DNA of 32,000 nt from contig NZ_JASGLW010000009.1 in NCBI RefSeq assembly GCF_030156785.1, forward strand, positions 54,359-86,358, given 5' to 3'. Below, piece after piece: positions 18,836-28,400 of the stretch (the stretch's first letter is position 1; each line of letters opens with the position of its first letter). Below the pieces are notes generated by a model, which was not told the origin of the DNA, searched no databases, and saw nothing but the letters and a program-made list of their open reading frames with translations. The stretch is from Methanohalophilus sp. Its GTDB lineage: Archaea; Halobacteriota; Methanosarcinia; Methanosarcinales; Methanosarcinaceae. The position numbers and the translations under genes are program-made.

Positions 18836-20422
18836 ATGGTATTTAATTTGATTCATGAAAAATGGATATGGGTAAATAGGCAGGATGGTAAAAGGGAAAA
18901 GATAGCTCCATGGGAGATTACTGACAAATTAGATTCGAATCCTGTTATTTCTCTGGCTGCACCACGCCCAGATTTTAATGGTTCTCTGATCCAATTTCTG
19001 ATTGGATTGGTACAAACTACTATGTCTCCTAAAAATGAAAGGGAATGGAGGAAACATTTTATCAACCCTCCAACAACGGATGATTTGCAAGAAACATTTG
19101 ATAATGTGTCCAATGCTTTCAATCTTGATGGTGAAAATGAGCGTTTTATGCAGGATTACGATTCTTTTGAAGGGGTTGAAAATCGTGTAGATTTGTTGCT
19201 TATGGAGATGCCAGGTGAAAAAACTATTAAAGATAATACCGACCACTTTATAAAAAGAGATACAGTCTCGCAAATGTGTTTTTCTTGTTGTGCAACTGCA
19301 TTATTCAATTTACAATTAAATGCTCCCACGGGAGGGCAGGGTCATCGCACTTCACTCAGAGGTGGTGGTCCTTTGACTACTTTGGTCTTGGGAAATAATT
19401 TGTGGCAAACAATATGGTTGAATGTCATTTCAGAAGATAATTTTGAACGATTGGGAAATATTGACAAAAATGCAATAAGCGATATTTATCCGTGGATGGG
19501 TCCCACTCGCACAAGTGAAAAGAAAGGAATGGATACGACTCCCATGGATGTAAATCCCAAGCAGATGTATTGGGGAATGCCACGTAGAATCAGTATTGAT
19601 TTTTACGATCTTAAAGAAGGCTTTTGTGATGTATGTGGTTGTGAGACAGATAGACTTGTTTCCCGTTATGTTACAAAGAATCATGGAATAAACTATGAAG
19701 GAGGTTGGTGTCATGTTCTGAGTCCATATCGTGAAACAAAAGATTCTATAATATCACTACATCCGAGACCTGGTGGCATAACCTATCGCCACTGGCTGGG
19801 TCTGATTCAAAATGACCCTGAAAATGGGTAGCATCCTTCTTTGTCTTTTGAACGATTTGTCGGCAAACAGTTGGATTTGGCAAATTTGGATGACGTATTG
19901 CAACGTTCTCCTCAACTATGGGCATTCGGTTATGATTTCGATAAAATGAAAGTCCGTTGCTGGTATGAAAGTATTATGCCTTTATTCAATGTTCCTGAGA
20001 ATATCAGGTCCACTTATGAATCCATTGTATCTCAATTGATAAAGACTGCTGAAATTATCGGTGATAACACAGAAAGGTGTATAAAACAGGCATTATACGG
20101 CAAAAATCCGATTAGAGGGGATATCTCCTTTATAGACGCCAGCTTCTGGCATGATACAGAATCCAAATTTTATAATGTACTCAATCAATTAATCCCTATA
20201 CTGAAAAATAATTTGGATGCCATTGATCTGAAACTACAATGGGTTAGAAGTTTGTCACAAGTATCTGAAAGATTGTTTGATCAATATTCCCAATCCATGC
20301 AATTCAGTGTAGTTGATCCTGAAAGAATAGCTTTAGCTCGCAGAGATCTTAGAAGATACAATTACGAAGGTGGTAAGAAAATAAGAGATACTCTGGGGTT
20401 GCCTGAAAAATCTAAAAAATAA
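18836..20422 (+). CDS. cas8e: Cas8e/Cse1 (CasA) Cascade large subunit, interrupted by one in-frame TAG (19829..19831)
   Basis: The track ORFs 18836..19831 and 19841..20422 share a frame (19841-18836=1005). The N-terminus MVFNLIHEKWIWV and the segment LRGGGPLTTLV parallel E. coli CasA (MNLLIDNWIPV, LRGGTPVTTFV, both from memory). Together the two parts give about 528 codons, which is the normal Cse1 size. Confidence 0.85.
19829..19831 (+). other. in-frame amber (TAG) codon inside cas8e
   Basis: The sequence reads ...CCT GAA AAT GGG TAG CAT CCT TCT TTG TCT TTT GAA CGA..., giving PENG-TAG-HPSLSFER in one frame. Confidence 0.95.
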
Positions 20423-20459
20423 ATGTTTGATTGTACTATAATTGTATTTGAAAAGGTGA

Positions 20460-20969
20460 TTGGAATTGACTATAAAGAAAAATTCGTTGGACAAGAATCC
20501 AGAAGCGTGTCAAGCTTTACTGACATGGTGGAAGGATTTGGACAATAATCGAGGGGATAGAGCCGATCTTCGCAGGTGCCACAGCATTGTGGATGTAGTT
20601 TTTAATCCTGCATACCACAAATTGTGGTTGGCTCTGAACAAGCTCGGCTTTGGAAATAGGGATTCTGTTGCAGTAATTGCCGGAGTATTGGTTCATGTGA
20701 AAAATCATCAGGCAGGGGAATCATTTGCTGCTCAAATGGCGAGTACCAAAGATGGTTCAAATACACAGGTTAGTGGATTAAGGTTTAAAAGACTGTTAAA
20801 AATCAAGGATAAGGACGAATTATTTAGTTCAATTGTTCGAATTGTCAAGTTAATGGATGGAAACGTCAATGTTTGCAATCTTGCGAACAGTCTCTACTGG
20901 TGGAATGATATCACAAAGAAAGAATGGGCTTACAGTTACTATGAAAAGGCACCTAAAACTAAAATTTAA
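20460..20969 (+). CDS. cse2: Cse2 (CasB/Cas11e) Cascade small subunit
   Basis: About 168 aa. The segment WWKDLDNNRGDRADLRRC is typical of Cse2, and the gene sits between cas8e and cas7. The start is TTG 20460 or TTG 20466, the latter 6 nt after GGTGAT. Confidence 0.85.
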   Translation: MELTIKKNSLDKNPEACQALLTWWKDLDNNRGDRADLRRCHSIVDVVFNPAYHKLWLALNKLGFGNRDSVAVIAGVLVHVKNHQAGESFAAQMASTKDGSNTQVSGLRFKRLLKIKDKDELFSSIVRIVKLMDGNVNVCNLANSLYWWNDITKKEWAYSYYEKAPKTKI

Positions 20970-20988
20970 GGACTTAGGAGAAAATAAG

Positions 20989-22098
20989 ATGACTAAATTT
21001 ATACAAATACACACGCTCGTATCGTATCCCCCATCCAATTTGAATCGTGATGACTTGGGAAGACCAAAGACTGCCGTTATGGGCGGGACTCAAAGACTCA
21101 GGGTCTCTTCACAGAGTCTTAAAAGAGCATGGAGGACATCAGACACTTTCAAAGAAAGTCTTGGTGACCACATAGGAATTCGTACAAAACGCATGGGTAT
21201 CAGTATTTTCAAAGCATTGACAACAGGCAGACGTCTGATAGATATTGTGAATAACAATGTTGATGCGGTTAAGGTTAATCCAGAAGTGTCCGAAAAAGAA
21301 GCAAAAGAGTGGGCAAAGTCAATTGCAGGGGTATTTGGGAAATCTAAGAAAACGGATAGTGATGATGCCTTGGTAGATCTTGAAATAGAGCAACTGGCAC
21401 ATTTTAGTCAGGAGGAAATATCAGCAATTGATGACCTAATCGCTAAAGTATCAGCAAGTGGAAAATCTCCTTCAAAGGAAGATCTCAACCTTTTGAGAAA
21501 GGATCACACTGCTGTGGATATTGCCATGTTCGGGCGTATGCTTGCATCCGACACTAAATTTAATACTGAAGCTGCTGTACAGGTTTCTCATGCTATTACT
21601 GTCAACGAGGTTGCAGTCGAGGATGATTATTTCACTGCCGTGGATGATCTGAATAGAGGTGAAGAAGATATGGGCTCAGCCCATATCGGAGAAACGGAAT
21701 TTGCTTCCGGTTTGTTCTATACTTATGTTTGTGTTGATTGTGAACTTCTGGAAAACAATCTTGGTGGGAATAAGGATCTTGCAAAAAAGGCTTTATGTGC
21801 ATTAGTAGAGTCAATAGCAAAGGTATCTCCTACGGGAAAACAGAACAGTTTTGCATCAAGGGCATATGCATCATACATGATGATCGAGAAGGGTACTCAG
21901 CAACCACGTTCACTTTCGGTTTCATATCTGGAATCGATTAAGGGGAGAAACATGTTAAAAAATGCCATAGAGTCTCTCAAGCAGACAAATGAAAAGATGG
22001 AACAAGTATACGGTAATTGTTGTGATGAAAGGCTGGAAATGAATGCTTATACAGGTGAAGGTAGTATGGATAAAATGCTGGAATTTGTAAGCAGCTAA
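20989..22098 (+). CDS. cas7: Cas7e (CasC/Cse4) Cascade backbone subunit
   Basis: I trimmed the start to ATG 20989, which follows TAGGAG. MTKFIQIHTLVSYPPSNLNRDDLGRPK parallels the E. coli CasC N-terminus. The product is 369 aa. Confidence 0.95.
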   Translation: MTKFIQIHTLVSYPPSNLNRDDLGRPKTAVMGGTQRLRVSSQSLKRAWRTSDTFKESLGDHIGIRTKRMGISIFKALTTGRRLIDIVNNNVDAVKVNPEVSEKEAKEWAKSIAGVFGKSKKTDSDDALVDLEIEQLAHFSQEEISAIDDLIAKVSASGKSPSKEDLNLLRKDHTAVDIAMFGRMLASDTKFNTEAAVQVSHAITVNEVAVEDDYFTAVDDLNRGEEDMGSAHIGETEFASGLFYTYVCVDCELLENNLGGNKDLAKKALCALVESIAKVSPTGKQNSFASRAYASYMMIEKGTQQPRSLSVSYLESIKGRNMLKNAIESLKQTNEKMEQVYGNCCDERLEMNAYTGEGSMDKMLEFVSS

Positions 22099-22118
22099 AC
22101 ATCAAGGAGTCGATTGGC

Positions 22119-22865
22119 GTGAAAGATTATTTGATTTTCCGCTTATACGGTCCAATGGCTTCATGGGGTGACATCGCAGTAGGTCCTTATAGACCTAGTT
22201 TTGATCACCCTTCAAAATCAGCGATATTCGGTCTGTTGGGAGCAGCTCTAGGTATTCGTAGGGAAGAAGAAGAAAAGCAACTGGAATTAGCTTCTGCTTA
22301 TCATTATGGAGTTATTATAAACTCTTCTGGGTTTATGCTTCGTGATTATCACACATCTCAGGTTCCTGCTTCTGGTAAAGGTAGAAATAAGAAGAAATTT
22401 TTAACAAGAAAAGATGAACTTGCCGTTCCCAAGTATGAATTAAATACTATCCTTTCGACACGAGACTACTATTGTGATGGGCTCTACACTGTGGTTCTTT
22501 ATTCGAGAACAGAGAATCCACCTTATTCTCTTGAAATAATCAGAAACAGTCTGAAAAAGCCTTCATTTTCGATGTATTTGGGAAGAAAATCATGTCCTTT
22601 GGCACTTCCTCTTGACCCTATGATAATATCTGCTCCCAATATGAAAGAAGCACTTGCAAACATTGAGTTTAACGATGGAGCTTTTGTGGGAAAATTAATT
22701 GATAATGATATTTGCAGACTCTATTGGGATGATCCTGAAGAAAATATTTCATTTGAGCATAGTATTTCCCGACGTGATAACGTATTGAGCCGGAAAAGGT
22801 GGCAGTTCTCAGATAGGAAGGAATACTATTCAATGGTGAATTGGAGGAATGATGCATGTACATGA
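22119..22865 (+). CDS. cas5: Cas5e (CasD)
   Basis: GTG start. MKDYLIFRLYGPMASWGDIAV parallels E. coli CasD (MRSYLILRLAGPMQAWG, from memory). Confidence 0.9.
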   Translation: MKDYLIFRLYGPMASWGDIAVGPYRPSFDHPSKSAIFGLLGAALGIRREEEEKQLELASAYHYGVIINSSGFMLRDYHTSQVPASGKGRNKKKFLTRKDELAVPKYELNTILSTRDYYCDGLYTVVLYSRTENPPYSLEIIRNSLKKPSFSMYLGRKSCPLALPLDPMIISAPNMKEALANIEFNDGAFVGKLIDNDICRLYWDDPEENISFEHSISRRDNVLSRKRWQFSDRKEYYSMVNWRNDACT

Positions 22866-23536
22866 GTAGAGCAAAACTTCTTCCAATTGCAGTTTCAAAT
22901 AACGGCTTATGGAAATACATGGGAAATAATTATAATGTCCATCGGCTGGTCTGGTCTTTGTTTTCGGGAGGATCAGACAATACAAGGAATTTCTTGTATC
23001 GGCAGGAATCAAATGGAAAGCTACCAACTTTCTATATTGTATCTGAGGAAAAACCTGATGACAAATCTGGTTTATGGGATCTTGACATAAAGCCATATAA
23101 TCCGGTTTTAAAATCAGGGCAGAATCTTTATTTTTCAATTCGTGCAAATCCAATAGTTTCAAAAAGAGATGAGAATGGAAAGCAGCATCGCCATGATGTA
23201 GTAATGGATGAAAAGCTCCGCATAAAGAAAGAGAACCCAAATAAAGTGTGTATGGATGTTTCTGAAATAGTGCAAAATAAGGGGGTTGAATGGCTACAAA
23301 AGAGATCAGATTCTTATGGTTTTTCGATTGATACTAACCGGGTCCGTGCGGATGGGTATAAGAGCCACAAGTTCTATAAAGCAAAGGGAAAACATTATAT
23401 CAATATCAGTACGATTGATTTTAATGGGATTCTGACGATTAATGATCCGGAATTGTTCAAAAAGGCTCTTTACCATGGGATTGGTCCGGCAAAAGGTTTT
23501 GGTTGTGGTTTACTTCTTGTTAGACCGGTTCGCTAA
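22856..23536 (+). CDS. cas6e: Cas6e (CasE/Cse3) crRNA endoribonuclease
   Basis: N-terminus MYMSRAKLL and glycine-rich C-terminal loop GIGPAKGFGCGLLLV. It overlaps the cas5 stop. Confidence 0.9.
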   Translation: MYMSRAKLLPIAVSNNGLWKYMGNNYNVHRLVWSLFSGGSDNTRNFLYRQESNGKLPTFYIVSEEKPDDKSGLWDLDIKPYNPVLKSGQNLYFSIRANPIVSKRDENGKQHRHDVVMDEKLRIKKENPNKVCMDVSEIVQNKGVEWLQKRSDSYGFSIDTNRVRADGYKSHKFYKAKGKHYINISTIDFNGILTINDPELFKKALYHGIGPAKGFGCGLLLVRPVR

Positions 23537-23544
23537 ATTGAGGA

Positions 23545-24727
<1,183 letters not shown>

Positions 24728-24849
24728 ATGGGTTGAGGTTTATTTATGATACGGAATTGTGCGTACACACTTTTATACTGTTTTAATACTGTACAATTAA
24801 GTTTGATTGAAGGAAAGTCTTTTCCGTTTCATCAAATAAATATGCCACA
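24728..24849 (+). promoter_or_regulatory. CRISPR leader with candidate archaeal TATA-like elements
   Basis: 122-bp AT-rich segment between the cas2 stop and repeat 1. It contains the tandem TTTTATACTG TTTTAATACTG at about 24771..24791, roughly 60-80 bp upstream of the first repeat. Confidence 0.55.
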
Positions 24850-27447
24850 GAGTTCCCCACACACGTGGGGATGAACCGGCGCAGCCTCGTACATCATCTC
24901 AAAGATCATAGAGTTCCCCACACACGTGGGGATGAACCGGGAGTTTTGTTCCGTTGCGAAGTTTCCCGATGGAGTTCCCCACACACGTGGGGATGAACCG
25001 TACACCCAAACCACCGATAATGCCTGAAATTAAGAGTTCCCCACACACGTGGGGATGAACCGTCAACATTAACAGTTATCTCCTTTAGCTTGTGGGAGTT
25101 CCCCACACACGTGGGGATGAACCGTTCGGCCGGCAGTACGCATTCGATGTATTGATGAGTTCCCCACACACGTGGGGATGAACCGGTTGGGTTGGATGCG
25201 GATAAACCGATCAACCCGAGTTCCCCACACACGTGGGGATGAACCGTGATATACTAAAACACCGAACATTACGCTTTAGAGTTCCCCACACACGTGGGGA
25301 TGAACCGGATTAGCTGGAGATCTTGTAATAGGGGGGATAGAGTTCCCCACACACGTGGGGATGAACCGGCTCCCAGGACTATTGACTATATAATGGATAT
25401 GAGTTCCCCACACACGTGGGGATGAACCGTTATTGTAACACTCATCAATGATTTGGAAAACGAGTTCCCCACACACGTGGGGATGAACCTAGTTGCTGGA
25501 AACTCTAAGGTCAGCATCCCTGGAGTTCCCCACACACGTGGGGATGAACCGATGGCAGGCGAGTTTTTCAAACAAAAAAAGGAGAGTTCCCCACACACGT
25601 GGGGATGAACCGTTGCAGGGTATGGCGTAAGCGTAAAAGTAAGGGAGTTCCCCACACACGTGGGGATGAACCGTTACAACGAGTGCTTGGCTGATTCTGC
25701 TTACTGAGTTCCCCACACACGTGGGGATGAACCGTGGTGAGAAACCCACTTCACTGCTACGACCAGGAGTTCCCCACACACGTGGGGATGAACCGCATTA
25801 GCAGATGTATCCATACCCCCGGTAATTGAGTTCCCCACACACGTGGGGATGAACCGTTGCAAACGGAGTAGCTGGTTTGGATGTAAATGAGTTCCCCACA
25901 CACGTGGGGATGAACCGCAGAGGGGATTTCCGCCAATTCACGTATAGATGAGTTCCCCACACACGTGGGGATGAACCGTGGAATTCTCTTTCCGCTGCAA
26001 CAAAACGCAAAGAGTTCCCCACACACGTGGGGATGAACCGGGGGCCCTTTAATGTTGGATAGCTCGGACGCCGAGTTCCCCACACACGTGGGGATGAACC
26101 GGGGCCCTTATGCAGGATTACCCACACAGTAACGAGTTCCCCACACACGTGGGGATGAACCGCAATACGTGGGTGTTGTCGATCTGGTGTACTGCGAGTT
26201 CCCCACACACGTGGGGATGAACCGATCCACGTATGAGTCAGCATTGAAAAAATGGGGAGTTCCCCACACACGTGGGGATGAACCGCACCAACGTATCACC
26301 CGCTGACATCTTCCATAGAGTTCCCCACACACGTGGGGATGAACCGTAACACAAAAAATCCAGATCATGATCAAACCAAGAGTTCCCCACACACGTGGGG
26401 ATGAACCGATGCCACTGATATCACCAAATGTTTGTTTTGAGAGTTCCCCACACACGTGGGGATGAACCATAGCTCCGAATGCTAAAGGGGTCAGAGGTAC
26501 TGAGTTCCCCACACACGTGGGGATGAACCGCAATGCATGGGTATTGTCGATCTGGTGTACTGGAGTTCCCCACACACGTGGGGATGAACCGTTATCGCAT
26601 AAATCAAAAACCGATTTGTTCACGAGTTCCCCACACACGTGGGGATGAACCGTGTGGGAGACCAGTATATAGCCACCGATTCGAAAGAGTTCCCCACACA
26701 CGTGGGGATGAACCGCGCTTGCAATCGGTGCCGGACAGGACGGAGCAGAGTTCCCCACACACGTGGGGATGAACCGCAGAGGGGATTTCCGCCAATTCAC
26801 GTATAGATGAGTTCCCCACACACGTGGGGATGAACCGCGTTATCTGTAGTTTCATTCAAAACCACCTTTGAGTTCCCCACACACGTGGGGATGAACCGGC
26901 TATCGCTATCGGTGCGGGGCAAGATGGTGCGAGTTCCCCACACACGTGGGGATGAACCGCACATATTTACAATCCTGATACCGATTCATATGAGTTCCCC
27001 ACACACGTGGGGATGAACCGTCTGCCTTTGGCATTTCCCTAAATGCAACCTCGAGTTCCCCACACACGTGGGGATGAACCCAGACTCTAGCTCATGAAAT
27101 AGGCCATGCAAAGGAGTTCCCCACACACGTGGGGATGAACCGAAAAATTGAATTACAGCCACACAAACCAATTAGAGTTCCCCACACACGTGGGGATGAA
27201 CCGAGCTAAAAAATATGATTAAAGGTTGTGTCGCTGAGTTCCCCACACACGTGGGGATGAACCGGAATTTTAGGTGAGAGGGTTAGATTTGGACGCGAGT
27301 TCCCCACACACGTGGGGATGAACCGGTTATGTCGCTAACCTAAATGCAAACGATTATGAGTTCCCCACACACGTGGGGATGAACCGGTTTAGGGTTAGGC
27401 AGTGAAGCCCGTCTAGCAGAGTTCCCCACACACGTGGGGATGAACCG
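24850..27447 (+). CRISPR. Type I-E CRISPR array with 43 repeats of 29 nt and 42 spacers
   Basis: The repeat GAGTTCCCCACACACGTGGGGATGAACCG has a CCCCAC/GTGGGG stem and an ACAC loop. Its orientation matches the E. coli I-E repeat, so transcription runs from the cas2-side leader. Hand counting gives 36 spacers of 32 nt, 5 of 33 nt and 1 of 34 nt, and the lengths sum to 2598 bp, which equals the array span. Confidence 0.98.
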
Positions 27448-27493
27448 GTAGATCTACTAGGCCGTAGGAGGTCTATTAGTTGTCAATGTAGAT

Positions 27494-27530
27494 ATTCGAA
27501 TTCAAGATCCACTATAACAAGGATTGAAAC
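27494..27530 (+). repeat. solitary 37-nt I-B/III-type CRISPR repeat, copy A (ATTCGAATTCAAGATCCACTATAACAAGGATTGAAAC)
   Basis: It is 36/37 identical to 29311..29347. It ends in ATTGAAAC, the canonical 8-nt crRNA 5' handle of Cas6-processed I-B/III repeats. It is unrelated to the I-E repeat. Confidence 0.8.
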
Positions 27531-28178
27531 GCAACTTCGAGAAGCTGTGATTCCTTGGAAACACCGCAGTATGCTGCAGAATTTATGGCGTCCACAGCTT
27601 CACAGGAAAGCCCTTCGGAGGTAGCCCATACAAAAGGATCTCGAACAAGGACTTTGCATTTTACCTTTCTCTCGGATTATCTGGTTGATAGTTATAATGC
27701 CGTTTGTTCATGTTTCGGCACCTGATTCAAGTGCTTCCTGCGCCAAGGTTATAGGCTTTGCCGTTTGCATCGTAGGCTTTCTTCCCACCTTGCAGATGGG
27801 GAGTGTGACAGAATTGCCTTCGATAATCGATGTTTCGGATAGAACAGTTGATTGTAGGACTGGCATACCGTAGGCTGTCACTGTGGAGTATTTAAAGGGA
27901 AGTTAAGGAACTGGACCATCTCTTGTCTAATTTGGGCCATTTTTGGAATGATACCAATGGTTTTGAAGTGTTTGAAGCCGTAGCAGACTGATTACTAAAT
28001 TATAAGTAGTTATAAGTTATTATATATTACTATTAATTAACTATAAATATTATTAACTTCTTATAATGAAAAGCTTCTAGTCGCAAAAGACCAGAAAACC
28101 ACAAAATAAACACAAAAGAAAATTAAAAATTAATCCCAAAATAAAGTTAAACTCAAAAAACAAAAGGAGTTGGCAAAA

Positions 28179-28400
28179 GTGAATGCAGAAGCAACAACTA
28201 TCCCCATAACAAAATCGATTCGGGACAGGCTGAAAAGCTTTGGTCAAAAAGGGGAAACCTATAGCGATATTCTTACACGCATGATGGATTCGATCGATAG
28301 AGACGAATTTATGGATCGAATGTACCGGCGGCTTGAAGAAAAAGATCAGTTTGTCTCACTCGATAGCTACGAGAGCGAGTTAAATGGAGTACAAAATTGA
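28179..28400 (+). CDS. putative antitoxin (small RHH-like DNA-binding protein) of a RelE/ParE pair
   Basis: The segment TIPITKSIRDRLKSFGQKGETYSDILTRMM has the beta-strand and helix pattern of archaeal RHH-type antitoxins. The gene overlaps the toxin start by 17 nt. The start is TTG 28170 or, better spaced from AAGGAG, GTG 28179. Confidence 0.55.
   Translation: MNAEATTIPITKSIRDRLKSFGQKGETYSDILTRMMDSIDRDEFMDRMYRRLEEKDQFVSLDSYESELNGVQN

Noticed and set aside
20857-20988. 5' extensions of the cas7 track ORF (from 20857) and likewise of cas2 (from 24353)
   Set aside because: The extensions overlap the preceding genes in another frame. Internal ATGs with good Shine-Dalgarno spacing reproduce the N-termini of the E. 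coli homologues.
26041-26133. Adjacent spacers 20 and 21 both begin with GGGCCCTT
   Set aside because: Only 8 nt are shared (offset by one base) and the remainder is unrelated. This is probably coincidence.
24832-27171. About fifteen minus-strand ORFs of 60-237 aa with recurring peptides ([28 protein letters not shown])
   Set aside because: They are translations of the 29-nt CRISPR repeat in its three reverse frames, stitched together across spacers. The 61-nt period explains the frame rotation. They are not genes.
27575-27660. Weak repeat-like fragments after copy A (GAATTT..TCCAC..CAGGAAAG around 27579..27608, and AAGGATCTCGAACAAGGACT around 27634..27653) that might be decayed repeats of a former array
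   Set aside because: The matches need several indels and reach only about 55-60 percent identity. Their spacing (81 then about 50 nt) does not fit a 37+36 nt period.
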